Position numbers and translations under genes: made by a program. 64,000 bases of DNA from Macrostomum lignano (taxonomy: Eukaryota), in NCBI GenBank assembly GCA_002269645.1, contig NIVC01000247.1:496001-560000 (forward strand), written 5' to 3'. The notes beneath the pieces are model-generated. The model was not told the DNA's origin. It saw only the letters and a list, made by a program, of their open reading frames with translations, and did no database searches. Shown here in pieces: positions 1 through 12,705 of this stretch (positions within the stretch are counted from its first letter, which is position 1; each line of letters begins with the position of its first letter).

Positions 1-314
1 TCGGGGCTTGAGCATTCCAGCGCCAATACTCATAGTGCAATGTCAAATGTTCTCTGGGTAAGTGCAGCTGGAATCCAACAGCCATTAGCAGAAGTAGATA
101 GAGCTTAAATATCCCATTAATTTATTTTGATTTACTAAGAATTTGCTATCCGTGTTGAGTATTTTCTCACTCCTACTAATGAACTGAGGTGGAATGTAGA
201 ATGTTTTTTAGCTAACGTGGAAGGTCGAAGTGACGAGTAAACGGTTGGAAGTTGAAGCAGACTGACAGGAATGCAAGTTTTTACAGCAGGGGCTGGCTTT
301 TGTCCCACTCAAAC

Positions 315-1365
315 AGAGAGGGGCCAGAGACGGAGAGGGAGAGAGGGAGGGAGAGGGAGAGGAAGAGGGATAGAGAGAGGGTAAGTGAGGGAGTGGGAGA
401 GGGAAAGGGAGAGGGAGCGGAAGAAAGAGGAAGAGGGAGAGGGGGACGGTGAGTGAGAAGGAGAGGGAGCAGGAGCGAGAGAGAGGGAGAGGGAGCGGGA
501 GAGAGAGAGGGAGAGGGAGCGGGAGAGAGAGAGGGAGAGGGAGCGGGAGAGAGAGGGAGAGGGAGATGGAGCGGGGGAGAGAGAGAGAGGGAGAGGGAGC
601 GGGAGAGAGAGAGAGAGGGAGAGGGAGCGGGAGAGAGAGAGAGAGGGAGAGGGAGCGGGAGAGAGAGGGAGAGGGAGAGAGGGAGGGAGAGGGAGAGGAA
701 GAGGGATAGAGAGAGGGTGAGTGAGGGAGTGGGAGAGGGAAAGGGAGAGGGAGCGGAAGAAAGAGGAAGAGGGAGAGGGGGACGGTGAGTGAGAAGGAGA
801 GGGAGCAGGAGCGAGAGAGAGGGAGAGGGAGCGGGAGAGAGAGAGGGAGAGGGAGCGGGAGAGAGAGAGGGAGAGGGAGCGGGAGAGAGAGGGAGAGGGA
901 GATGGAGCGGGGAGAGAGAGAGGGAGAGGGAGCGGGAGAGAGAGAGAGAGGGAGAGGGAGCGGGAGAGAGAGAGAGAGGGAGAGGGAGCGGGAGAGAGAG
1001 GGAGAGGGAGAGGGAGAGGGAGAGAAAGGAGGGGGAGAGAGAGAGGGAGAGGGAGCGGGAGAGAGAGAGAGAGGGAGAGGGAGCGGAAGAAAGAGGAAGA
1101 GGGAGAGGGAGACGGTGAGTGAGAAGGAGAGGGAGCAGGAGCGAGAGCGGGAGAGGGAGAGGAAGAGGGAGCGGGAGAGAGAGGGAGCGGGAGAGAAAGG
1201 GGGGGAGAGAGAGGGAGAGGGAGAGAGAGAGGGAGAGGGAGATGGAGCGGGGGAGAGAGAGGGAGAGGGAGAGGAAGAGGGAGCGGGAGAGAGAGGGAGC
1301 GGGAGAGAAAGGGAGGGAGAGAAAGGGAGAGGGAGAGAGAGAGGAGGAACGAAGGGAGCAAAGAG
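315..1365. repeat. GA-rich low-complexity/microsatellite tract
   Basis: Almost pure purine (GAGA/GGGAGA) sequence with internally duplicated blocks, e.g. 'gggacggtgagtgagaaggagagggagcaggagcgaga' at ~441, ~778 and ~1108. Confidence 0.95.
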
Positions 1366-1730
1366 ATGATGGCAGTAATGACAGGGAGAACGAGCTCAAC
1401 TGAGTCCCCGATAAAAGCCTACACAGCTAATGCAATCGCCATCTATATAAATTAAACGACTGGGGTTTCCATCCTTACTGCGGTTGCCAATTCAGTTCAT
1501 TCACTGATAGCGAAGGCTATGCCTCCAGATCGACTCACTCCCTGTGCACTCGCTCTGGCTTTCCGCTCGCACTAGCAGTTGGTGTAACTCAGCACATAGG
1601 GCACAGTGGGTGGACGAAACCTCAGCTATTACCCAAGGAAAATTATGCAAAATTATCGATAATTTACTGCTGACTTCGATTGAACACCCATTTTGGGATT
1701 TCAGATCATCGATTTGGATTTCAGATTATC

Positions 1731-2490
1731 AATTGGGATTTGAGATCATCTAATGGAATTTGAGATCATCTAATGGGATTTGAGATCATCTAATGGAATT
1801 TGAGATCATCTAATGGGATTTGAGATCATCTAATGGGATTTGAGATCATCTAATGGGATTTGAGATCATCTAATGGGATTTGATAGCATCCATTGGGATT
1901 TGAGATCATATAATAGGATTTGATAGCATCCATTGGGATTTGAGATCATCTATTGGAATTTGAGATCATCTAATGGGATTTGAGATCATTTAACGGGATT
2001 TGAGATCATCTATTAAGATTTGAGAACATCTAATGGGATTTGAGATCATCTAATGGGATTTGATAGCATCCATTGGGATTTGAGATCATATAATAGGATT
2101 TGATAGCATCCATTGGGATTTGAGATCATCTATTGGAATTTGAGATCATCTAATGGGATTTGAGATCATTTAACGGGATTTGAGATCATCTATTAAGATT
2201 TGAGAACATCTAATGGGATTTGAGATCATCTAATGGGATTTGAGATCATCTAATGGGATTTGAGATCATCTAATGGGATTTGAGATCATTTAATGGGATT
2301 TGAGATAATCTAATGGGATTTGAGATCATCAATTGGGATTTAAGATCATCTAATGGGATTTGAGATCATTTAATGGGATTTGAGATCAACTATTGGGATT
2401 TGAGACCATATATTGGGATTTGGGTACATCTAATGGGATTTGATAGCATCTATCGGGATATCAGTTTATCTATTGGGATTTGAGATCATA
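1731..2490. repeat. 20-bp minisatellite (GGGATTTGAGATCATCTAAT)n
   Basis: Directly visible 20-bp period, with a duplicated 180-bp higher-order block (about 1861-2040 vs 2041-2220). Confidence 0.95.
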
Positions 2491-2799
2491 TATATAGCTG
2501 GGGCACAGATAATTTCACGTTGAATTGTAGTATAGCTAGTAGTTTGTGTACGTTAAATCGCTCTGGAGGAAAAGAGAACGGTTTTAGCGCAGGGGTTCAT
2601 GTTCAATATAGACTACTCATAAGTAGGCAGGTATACAGTGTGAGCAGTTTTACAAGACGCAAAATCATATATTTTCTTTTTATCTACAAAACATTTTTGC
2701 TGAATTAATGTTATAAATTTCGTAGAATTTCGGGAAAAATACTGTCTACAACTACCAGTAGTATGCAAAAAAGAAGCCAAGTGACTCAGGTGGAAGGCC

Positions 2800-3630
2800 T
2801 CAGGTGTCAGCACTCGGTCTCAGGTGTCAGCACTCGGCCTCAGGTGTCAGCACTCGGTCTCAGGTGTCAGCACTCGGCCTCAGGTGTCAGCACTCGGTCT
2901 CAGGTGTCAGCACTCGGCCTCAGGTGTCAGCACTCGGTCTCAGGTGTCAGCACTCGGTCTCAGGTGTCAGCACTCGGTCTCAGGTGTCAGCACTCGGTCT
3001 CAGGTGTCAGCACTCAATCTCAGGTGTCAGCACTCGGTCTCAGGTGTCAGCACTCGGTCTCAGGTGCCAGCACTCGGTCTCAGGTGTCAGCACTCGGTCT
3101 CAGGTGTCAGCACTCGGTCTCAGGTGTCAGCACTCGGTCTCAGGTGTCAGCACTCGGTCTCAGGTGTCAGCACTCGGTCTCAGGTGTCAGCACTCGGTCT
3201 CAGGTGTCAGCACTCGGTCTCAGGTGTCAGCACTCGGTCTCAGGTGTCAGCACTCGGTCTCAGGTGTCAGCACTCGGTCTCAGGTGTCAGCACTCGGTCT
3301 CAGGTGTCAGCACTCGGTCTCAGGTGTCAGCACTCGGTCTCAGGTGTCAGCACTCGGTCTCAGGTGTCAGCACTCGGTCTCAGGTGTCAGCACTCGGTCT
3401 CAGGTGTCAGCACTCGGTCTCAGGTGTCAGCACTCGGTCTCAGGTGTCAGCACTCGGTCTCAGGTGTCAGCACTCGGTCTCAGGTGTCAGCACTCGGGCT
3501 CAGGTGTCAGCACTCGGTCTCAGGTGTCAGCACTCGGTCTCAGGTGCCAGCACTCGGTCTCAGGTGTCAGCACTTGTCTCAGGTGTCAGCACTCGGTCTC
3601 AGGTGTCAGCACTCGGTCTCAGGTGTCAGC
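2800..3630. repeat. 20-bp minisatellite (CAGGTGTCAGCACTCGGTCT)n abutting the IAP stop codon
   Basis: About 41 near-identical 20-bp units. The last unit overlaps the TGA (3626-3628, minus strand) of the IAP gene. Confidence 0.97.
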
Positions 3631-4726
3631 AAACAAAGGCTGTCAGCGAGGCGAGGACGGCGCGGCCGCAGAGGACGCAGGTGGTTGCGGAGGCGTTGCA
3701 GGCTGCGCAGAGCACAAAGTGAGCGCACGGCAGGGAGACGCGGCTCCGCGCTCGCTGGCGGCAGCGAAGGCACCGGTCGTCCTGCGGCTCGGCGCCCAGG
3801 TGCAGCGGCTGCTGCGGAGGCGGGGGCGGAGCGGCGGTGGTCGCGGGCGACTCGGCGGGCGCCCTGGAGGCGGCAGCCGCGGGTTGGCAGCCGCCGCCGC
3901 GGAGGCCGCAGAGACCGCGCAGCAGCGACTCGACAGGCAGGTCGAAGACGCGGGTTGCGGTGCCGCCCAGCCGGGCCTCCAGCTCGTGAGCGGCCAGGAT
4001 GAGGTCGCCCGGCCTCGCCAGGTCGCCGCCGCCGCTGCTGTCTCCGCCGAGGTGCCGCCGCGCCACCGCCAGCACCAGCGCCGGCCTGGCGATGCCGAAG
4101 GCCTCCGCCCGCGCCACCGGCGCCGCCTCCACACGGACCAGCAGCCACTCCGCCGCTCGGCCCAGCTCCGACGCGTCCCTGGCAACCAGCTCGGCGTCCC
4201 TGGCAACCAGCGGCTCGCCGCTCCGACGACAGCGCAGGAGGCACAGCAGGCGAGCGAGCTGGCAGTCGGGGCTGGCAGCTGCGTGGGCGGCTAGCGGGGA
4301 GTCACGTGACCCGGGGTCGGCGCTCGGCAGCCGGCAGTCGCAGAGAAAGCAGCGCAGGTCGCCCGAGGCGGCATTGAGGAAGAGGCCCGCCGCTGCCGCC
4401 GCCTCCGACGCCCCCGACTGGCAGCGCAGCGAGTGGGGCGCGAACTCGGGACGTTTCGATGCGACCACAGCTTGCAGGAGGCTGCCTGTGTTAGTAAAAT
4501 TACAAGTGCTGAAGTAATATTTTTATTTCTAACCGTTAGCCCTGATTAAATATGACAGACACCTGGACTCACCTGAGAAAAATGCAGCTTCTGTAAAGTT
4601 CCGTGACTGCTCACAATCGCTATTACTGAGCAGCTGCTCAATTAATGACAGATCAGATGGAGAAAGAAGGCAGCCTGCTACTGAGATGCTGGCAGTCTGT
4701 AGAGTTAGCTGTGTGTGCGCAGACAT
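3626..4726 (-). CDS. Inhibitor-of-apoptosis-like protein (BIR, UBA-like, C-terminal RING), 2 coding exons, ~337 aa
   Basis: Exons 4726-4573 and 4485-3626. Intron 4572-4486 has a GTGAGT donor, TACTAAC branch point and ACAG acceptor, and phase 1 joins the exons in frame. BIR zinc ligands: AGLF...CFLC...H...PDC. IAP-type RING: CLRC...LPCAHFVLCAAC...CVLC, ending AFVC*. Further 5' exons cannot be excluded. Confidence 0.85.
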
Positions 4727-7700
4727 GATCTGTGTGGTAATCAGAACTACAGAAGCTCGGATTCTAAAAATGTAAATGCAGCCATGCACAAGTAGGCTTT
4801 AAGTATCTTTCATCTTCTGAAGTACCAATGTAGAACTTGTATAGAAGTTAATGTGAAAACTAAGGAAGTTTAAAGAGTAAAGTTCATCAGTTAAATTTAG
4901 TAACTAACTGCTGCTAATGAAGTATCTTATTTGCTCTGGATAGAAAATTTCAGTTGTGGAAGTTCACCTCGATAAGTCGTCACGCACTAAAAATATTGCC
5001 TCCATTGATTGAACAAGGTTTTGTCTTTATAAATTGAATAAAAATATCAGGAAATAACAACAAAATGCTTTCAATACGTAGCGTATATTGCTTCTATCAT
5101 GCAAATTTAGCAATCAGAAGACATTCAAGCTGAAATCCTACAGAACAAACTACAGAACTATAGAACAATTGATTCTTAAAGTCAAACTTGCAATTTATAG
5201 CCACAGAATTTTGTCAAAGACTGGACAGCCAAAAAATTCAAGATACAGCTAAACCTTCAGCTGGATGGAATCAGCAACATGTCACCAATCAGACTCGTAG
5301 CACTGACTGATCATGAAAAAAGCAAAAGTAAATCCCTATTTAGGATTTTGATCAGGATACTCAATAACTTTTTTAGATAGATGTTCACTTTTGCAAGCTG
5401 TGACAGTACAGCTCAGTGTTTATGTGACGAAGTTCTAGCTCGTAATTTAGATTCTATTTTTAGCTCACTTCAATAGCAAGTGCTTCCTGCAGTGCTGCAT
5501 AAGACGCATAACGTACGCTTGTGCATTTTAATGGCTCTGTTCCTACCTTACATCTTGTAGCGATTTGTTAATCGGCAGCGGCTAGAGCGGAACCTTGAAG
5601 TATCTCCATAAGTCTTGCGCTTCGGTTGGGTCAGTTCACGGGTTTCAGAATTATTTGAACTGTATAGACTATTTATCTTGGTGCTAGATTAAGGTGAATT
5701 TCGTTTTCGCTAAAAATATACTTATATACATTGTATTATATTTATTTATAGTTGTTAAGTGCAAGTTACTCAACACATATTAAAACGTACTTGCCTTGCC
5801 GTGCAACCTAGTTCTAACACTAGAAAAATTTTGGCTTTCGGTTTTCGCTTTCAATAAAAAATTCTTGGTTGAGAATTAATACACCGTTCGTTAGAAAAAG
5901 AAATCTACATTTATTTTTAGAAAAAAATATTTTACAAAATCGCAAAAATAGACGCGAGAAGAATGCTCAAGTGTCTAAAAAGGGAAAAGCAATCATGAGT
6001 TGAAGGCTAGCGCCAGAATATGGCGATGCTGATAATTTTTTGCTGCATTCATTGTCACGTTGGATCCTTTACATGTACCTGCAATGCCATTTTCAAGTTG
6101 TGTTTATTGCTTTTGTCATATTGCCACGTGAAGATGCTTGACAATCAACTGATTGTAATGAACTATTGTAGGGACTATTAAAATAAGATTTAGGTTAGGT
6201 TGGGTTAAGAAATTGTAAAAAATTGCAGTGGTGTGGTATCAGAGCGTGGTGGAGTGAGTTGTGAACAGCTGCACTCTTACGAGTTCAAAAAGCCACAAGT
6301 GCTTGCTGGCGGCATTTTAAAGGGCGAGTGCAAACCGCCCTAAAAGTCCGTCTCAAATTTCAAAGTTATTTATGTCTTTTATGTGGGGCAGGGATTCAAG
6401 TGATGTACATCAAGTACCAAGTAATTTTACGAGTAGATGACGCACGAGAGAGAAGGGTCCGTGGGAATCGGCCAGAATTGCGAGTTTGGAAATCATCGCA
6501 TTATTCGGTTTTGTAAACATTTTGAATCAGCTGCATGAAGGAAAATTTATTAAAAATACGCGCACGTAAAATATATTATATTATAATATAAAAGAAGACT
6601 ACTAATGCTAAAATATTAAGCATTATTCATTGACCATTTTTGCAGAAACAAGCTTCTTGGCGCATCATAAATGAATTGGATTCGTCTCAGGAACGTTCCA
6701 ATGATCTAAAAATAATACGTATTGGAGACATCAAACTTTCTATTGGATGCGTAATTTTGTTATACAGGGCCGATACCATCTACTTGTCACTCGTAAGAAC
6801 GAGTGGCCCTTAGGTAAGAAGGAATTTGAGGAGTTGTTTGACGCTATGCTTGCGCTTTATTGTTTTTTTTCAGTGAAGATATCCGAATAATTACTGAAGC
6901 AGCCGTACGGTGACTTATCTATCCATATATTGTCAGGAAACAATAATTGATCTATGAACTGTGGCAGAATTGACGGAGGGGTTGATACGAGTGTACGGTA
7001 TGGTAGTTATGCAGACTAACGAGTCGAAGCATTTTCCACAAGGCGCCTGTTTAGCAAAGTAGAGCAAGCCAGGTAGTACGCAGTCAAATAGGCTGCTTGG
7101 GTCACTCTTCAAGTTAGCCAGGCTTTACACTCTGTGCCATAAGACCCATCTGACCTCCCTGAGATCCCAGCTCTCAAAGAAGAGAATTAGCTCCAAGTTG
7201 GCGAGAAAAGGAGGCACTTGGACGAACACTCCAGATTAACGTGATCCATAATTTGTTTAATTGCTCCAGGGCTTCAGGTCAGGGCTTCCATGGATCCAGA
7301 TGAAATGCGTTAAATACTATTGGGTACTACTGCAAGTAGCATGTCTGATTTCTGCTGATTTTGAGGCTATCGGAAGGTAAAATTGTAATTTGCTGGCTCT
7401 AGCGTAATCCATTCAAAGCAGCCTAACGCTAGGCTTTTTGAAGTATCTAAAACAACAACAGAATAGTTTGTCAGTTAGTTTTTTAAATCAGCAGCCTCGC
7501 GGTCTAAACGTCGAGTGAGTGCCTGTCTCCACTGGTAAGATACCTGCGACGTACGTCAGCAGCAGCACCTCTCCTGAACTGAATGTGAGTAGTACTAATC
7601 GGTCAGGATGATGTGGCAGAAATGAAAATACTATTAACAAAATGCATCCAATGATTGCCTAAAAGTAGCTCGTACATTTAGCGCTCGAAAACGTTACATT

Positions 7701-7844
7701 ATTTTACGCCGCATATCAATATCCATAAGTTGACCAAGGATTGACCACAAAATAGAAGCTACCATAGAATTAATGAAACTTAATTATGATTCTTTTCAAG
7801 CTAACACAAAAAGAGATACCTTCATCGAAGAATTCAACATTCAA

Positions 7845-7950
7845 TGCATCTTCGAAGCAATATTCAATTTATCATTCGATTAATCATTCGATGCCACCTT
7901 CGAACTAACATTCGATTTATCATTCGATGCAACATTCGATGCAACATTTG
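7845..7950. repeat. Short degenerate repeat with a TTCGAT core
   Basis: Recurring attcgat/ttcgatgc motifs. Confidence 0.55.
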
Positions 7951-8429
7951 AATTCGGTTTCAATGTATTTAGCTTGAAATTATATCACGGGCACTGATTT
8001 TTGAGTCAAAATTTTCAACCCTGTTGTCGAAAAAGAAACTACGAGTAAAGAGGGAAGTCAGCTTAGGCACTAGAATGGGAGCCGAAAGGTAAAGCTCTGG
8101 ACTAAACCGGCTGGCTGCAACTGAAAACTTTGCCTGACCAGTTGACTCTAAGTTTAGAAAAATTCTTAGTGCAGATCACTATGGAATTGATTGATTGACA
8201 ATTAATAGCGAAATTCTGAGCGATCCTCGCGATTCTGCATGCAATCATGAGAGAATATTTGGATTCCGTTCTGATCCCATTTCATGAAATCCCTAGTTTG
8301 TCTAAAGAATCCCCTACGAGCTCAGTAAAAGGACTCAGATTGACTTGGTCCAGAAATTTACTTTGGGCTCCGATTTCGGCACATAAACTTGACGGCCCCT
8401 TAAGGCCAGCAAACTTTTTCCTGGCGTTT

Positions 8430-9594
8430 CTAATTGCGCACATAGTAGACTCCAGCGATGTCCTTCAGGCTGGCAGGTAGGTAAGCGACCTTCAGCAGGT
8501 GGCACAGCAGCTGCTGTCGAGCGAACAGCACAGCGTGACTTAGCTGCAGGGCTGTCCCGGAGGGGACACAGCGGGAAGGCGCGGGCGCCCATTCCGCTAG
8601 CACAGCGTGACAGACAGCGCTGGTCTGGCACAGCGTGGCGCACTCAATGTCGGACCTAGCAGCGACGGTCCTAAAGGCTTGCGTCTGCAGAACAGTTGAG
8701 TTCGCTTTGGGCCTCTCCGCGAGATAGAGCTCTTCTTCAACTGGAAAAGGTTTCAAATGATAATTTTGTAGCATAACTTCAAGGCCATGGTATAGCGCGC
8801 GCTCTAATGTACCAGCAGCCCAGGCTCGATTCCAAGTGCAGTCACCTTAATTTGGGGCTGGAATCTCGGCTTGGCTCTGCTCGTGCAATTAACGTCCTTG
8901 AGGGCCAAACCCCTAGGCACAGTGAAGTGTACATGCCTAACGAAAAACAAAGTTAAGCCTGCTGTACACTCCTGTGTGAGTGTGTGCCTGTGCGTATAAC
9001 TGGGTACGCTTGTGTGCTATCTCAGGGGAGTCGGCGGGAATGGGCAGTAATGCCTCTCGCTGGATGTGTCAATGGCGCTTAAAGAGGCTGGTATTTGCAT
9101 CCAGTATACAAGAAATGAACCAAGCATTGCTTTACTCTATAGGAATCGCATCTCCAAAAGTAAAAGTAATTTTATTAATAGTTGGTTGATAGTTTTCAAA
9201 ATTGTCTAATTCAATCAAGTAACTCACTGTTGAACTCGAAGAACTGATTGAAGATCGAAAACCGGTCGTGTCTACCACACATTTGATCCGGATTTCCTGA
9301 GCAAGATTGGTCGCACTCATGCTCATTAGCAATTTTAAAAAGTGCGTGAGAGTTCCAGCAGTAGCACTCTGAACCGGCGTGCAGAATAAAGACGGAAACC
9401 TTGTCGTTTGCGCAGAATCTGCTGCAGATTTCATGCGACATTTTGTCATCAGTCAGGCTCGCGAGTTCATCCAGGTCTGGAGTATTCGATGAGTCTTTGA
9501 AGCAGCCAACATAAGAGAGCCTGACGGTTCCTTCAGCCAAAAAGGCTAAGATCGGATAGCATAGGATGGTGTAGAATATCAAAGCAAGATTCAT
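8430..9594 (-). CDS. Secreted WSC-domain + PAN/Apple-like protein, copy 1 (~225 aa)
   Basis: Exon 1, 9594-9228: signal peptide MNLALIFYTILCYPILAFLA, then WSC motif YVGCFKD...C..FC...ECYC...C...C.G...CG; GTGAGT donor. Exon 2, 8740-8430: TTTTCCAG acceptor, ECATLC...CHAVLF...LLCHLL. The phase-1 junction is in frame. Confidence 0.85.
8782..8948 (+). mobile_element. tRNA-derived SINE-like element, copy A (in the WSC copy 1 intron)
   Basis: About 165 bp homologous to the reverse complement of 38057-38230; B-box-like GGCTCGATTCC; A-rich tail. Confidence 0.7.
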
Positions 9595-11159
9595 TCTGCT
9601 AAATTTTTTGAGACTTGGAATCGGATTTGCAGTTTGTGAAGTTTTCCTGCAGAAGTTGTCTTTAAATAGCCATGAGCTTCGAGAAGACAACCCTATTGGG
9701 CAGCAGTTGGCTGAGCAATCTGAGAGTTTTTGCTAACGGGTTATATATACTCGATTTTACTACTTCAAGTAAACGGTATGAGCATAAGTACAACGCCTAA
9801 ATATTGAAGCAAGATAATTTACAAATCTTATCTCGATTGTATTAAAACTTCACGTACGAGTAGATGGGAATTCACATCAACAGTATCGGAAAAATTCCAT
9901 TATCATTGCGAGAATGCCACAGCAGCAAGGACTTCATCCGTTGTTCGGACTTCCCGCTAGAAAGTCGGGCATGAAGTAGTGCAAGAAATCGCACCAGTTT
10001 TTTGCATTTTTGAATCTCGATGGTGTCTTGATGCGAATCCTTGCTCACCAGTTGCAGAGGCCGACTTACAGACTTGGCGTCGAACCTGCTTACTTCGATG
10101 GTTTTCCCTCAAATGTGAATTGGAGCCGTACTCATCTACAAAATCAGGTGCTTTATAGGCATGCCTTAAAATTAACAAAGAATTGGGCGGCTCCGCCGGG
10201 CGACGATGACGTTAAGTAAAGAAAATTAAAGTTTTTTGAGTCAATTAACCAATTAAGCATGCGAATATTGGACGAACTAGAGCGTCACTTTGAAAAGCAA
10301 GTTAAACAGATCACAGATATATCGTTGGGTCTTGTAGCTGCAACGCAAATTCGAGTACAACGGGTTAATAGCGATAGCATTTGATCTAGCTAGACTAGCT
10401 GAATGTGGCTTTGAGTGTCCCAGATGAAATCGGCGTTGAAAATATACATAAGCTTTTGGAGCTTTTACGCGACTGATGATGAGCCGAAACTTTTTGCGGG
10501 CTAGATTGGGAGGAACGTTAAATTGACGCTATTGAATGTTAATCTGGCACTATAGACCGCGAAACTGATACAAAATGGACTGGGAAACGCCATATAGCAG
10601 ATGAACTCGATCGAAGTAAAGTAGTTTGTGCTGAGATTTTTAGAGAGGAAGCAAGCAGTCATGCTCATGCAGATGAACCCAGGGCACGCACACCCATGAG
10701 GATACTCACAGCGACATCCTGAGTCTTACGGGTTGGCCATCATTCGCTTGCATAGCATTCAGATAAGTCATGGTGAAAGATCATATCAAACTCGCAGACC
10801 AAACTATAAAAACTTATACAGGCCAAAATCTTAATGAAATCATTTGCAATTGCTTGCTACATGCAAGCAGAGTTTTAGAAAAGCCTTCTAGGAAAAGAAT
10901 AATAACTGACAAAACTCATTTTCCGGTTCCAAGCTCCCGCTTTGCGTGTCAACTCGGAACTCGTGCAGTTTCTGGCCAAAGTAAATTTGCAGGAAGCGTC
11001 GCTCAGACAACGCTGAAAAAGGTTTTGTTCCACCACACGTTATCATCTAGATTGTCTGCGAGTTTTCTTATTTGCATTTCCGAATCGGTTCGGAAAAAAG
11101 AACAGTTAAACAAGAAAAAACTATGATTGCTGAATGCAGCTGGAAAAAGTTGCTTTTGA

Positions 11160-11245
11160 ATTTGTCTAAGGCAGTTATGTCTAAGGCAGTTATGTCTAAG
11201 ATAGTTATGTCTAAAATAGTTATGTCTAAGACAGTTATGTCCAGC
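11160..11245. repeat. 15-bp tandem repeat (CTAAGGCAGTTATGT)n, ~5 units
   Basis: Visible period of 15. Confidence 0.8.
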
Positions 11246-12484
11246 GCTGTCAGATGCTGCTGGGCCCCTGCCTCCGGAGTCACGGCCACGGCGACCAAGT
11301 CCCGTTGGCGCTGATCCTCCTGCACTAGCCGATGGAGCGGAAGCTCCATGTCCAAGGGCGAACTGCGACGCTAAGTGACTGTTTCGTGTCTGACTGGCAG
11401 GCGCTGGGTCTCAGCCCCAGACCGCGAGGTCTGGTCGCAAGGGCGCGTGGGCAAGAATTCTCTAGTTTGCGTTTCTCTCTGTAACGCTCGTATCTATCTA
11501 ATTGTGGTAAAATGTGACAATATCTTTGGATCACTCCTAAAAGTAGTGCTTAAATTATTGCGTCTACTTATCTCTTTAAACACGACAAGCAACTTTTATT
11601 GACTTTGGAAGCCATGCAGAAAGCTTAGATGAGTCAATGGATTCGCGCTTTCAATGTGAGTCGAATTCGTCCATGAACAGCTGCAGCCTTTACCAGGCCT
11701 TGTTATTATTTGGAGTTCTACACTAATTTATTGAATCGATTCCTATTTTTGAAATTTTTCTGTCAGTTGAAACTGAATGAAATTTACCGAAATTGGTTCT
11801 CGGTTTGTGGAAATCGAATGAAGTTTGGACGTGCGGCATAGCTGACGCCGAAAATAAAAGCCAGTTTGTCGAAATTCAATGCAGTTTTATCCAAATAGAA
11901 CGCAAGATCGAAGGTGTAGTAAGTTTGATAGTTGAAAGCATCTTGCATACAGAATAAAAGTTACGCTCGAAAAATTGTTGAGGGTAAGGTTGATGTTTCT
12001 GGGAATTTTTACACCTGTGGAGAAATTTTACTTGATAACGATTACGGAGGTAACATTTCACCCTTCTTCAAGAGCTACATGCATTCGAATAGCTAATTGG
12101 GACTTTAAGTCAGATATGAGATAAATGAGAAAAATATAATTGGAGGGTCCTAAACTCTTTAAGTTGAATAGCTTCTTGACAAAATTCATGCATTATGAGA
12201 ATGAGAAAAATGCGATACTGCAGCAAGAAAAATGTCATTTAATTAGCTCGTATCTGAAGAGTTGCAGGATAGTTTTAGACAGCTGGTACAACTTATTTTT
12301 TATGAAATCGCTAACTGCAATCTCCCCCCCCCCCTCCTGATGCAGGTGCACCTTATGGACACACCTCATAGCCATGTGGACACAAAGTTAAGATGAAACC
12401 AGTCCATCTGCAGTTTAAGGCATAAGATGATAATGGAAAGACAAGGAAGAACTTGGAGCCATCCAAGAGCATTTTCATTAGAAC

Positions 12485-12516
12485 GACATGTTTCGCCTAA
12501 CTTTAGGCATCATCGG
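12485..12516 (-). ncRNA. Minimal hammerhead-ribozyme-like motif in the Penelope 3' tail (inverted second copy at 13084-13115, +)
   Basis: CCGAUGA-u-GCCUA(aagu)UAGGC-GAA-ACAUGU-C gives the core boxes, stem II, a palindromic stem III and a GUC triplet. The core has C in place of the canonical U4, and stem I pairing is poor. Confidence 0.5.
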
Positions 12517-12643
12517 GCAGATTGGAATTTACTTAATTTAAGTCAAAACGTAGAGTATAAATACATTTCAGTGGCAGATAGTCAGTGATGCACAAAATTG
12601 TAATAACAAAACACGGGGGAAGTCAACAGATCAAAACCGAGAC

Positions 12644-12644
<1 letters not shown>

Positions 12645-12703
<59 letters not shown>

Positions 12704-12705
12704 CC
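12645..12705. repeat. (GA)n microsatellite inside the Penelope 3' region
   Basis: Direct observation. Confidence 0.9.

Noticed and set aside
252-1403. Long R/E/G- and S/L/P-rich ORFs
   Set aside because: They are translations of the GA-rich tract on both strands and show no protein complexity.
2763-4517. Plus-strand ORFs of 319-496 aa
   Set aside because: They are the 20-bp repeat plus the antisense shadow of the GC-rich IAP exon.
6234-6245. TGGTATCAGAGC, identical to a classic tRNA-iMet primer-binding site of LTR retrotransposons
   Set aside because: It is not directly preceded by an LTR ...CA end, and I saw no second LTR, polypurine tract or gag/pol ORF. It is probably chance or an unrecognisable relic.
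6640-7080. Possible plus-strand exons bounded by AG/GT signals
   Set aside because: I could not build a consistent open frame or a recognisable product.
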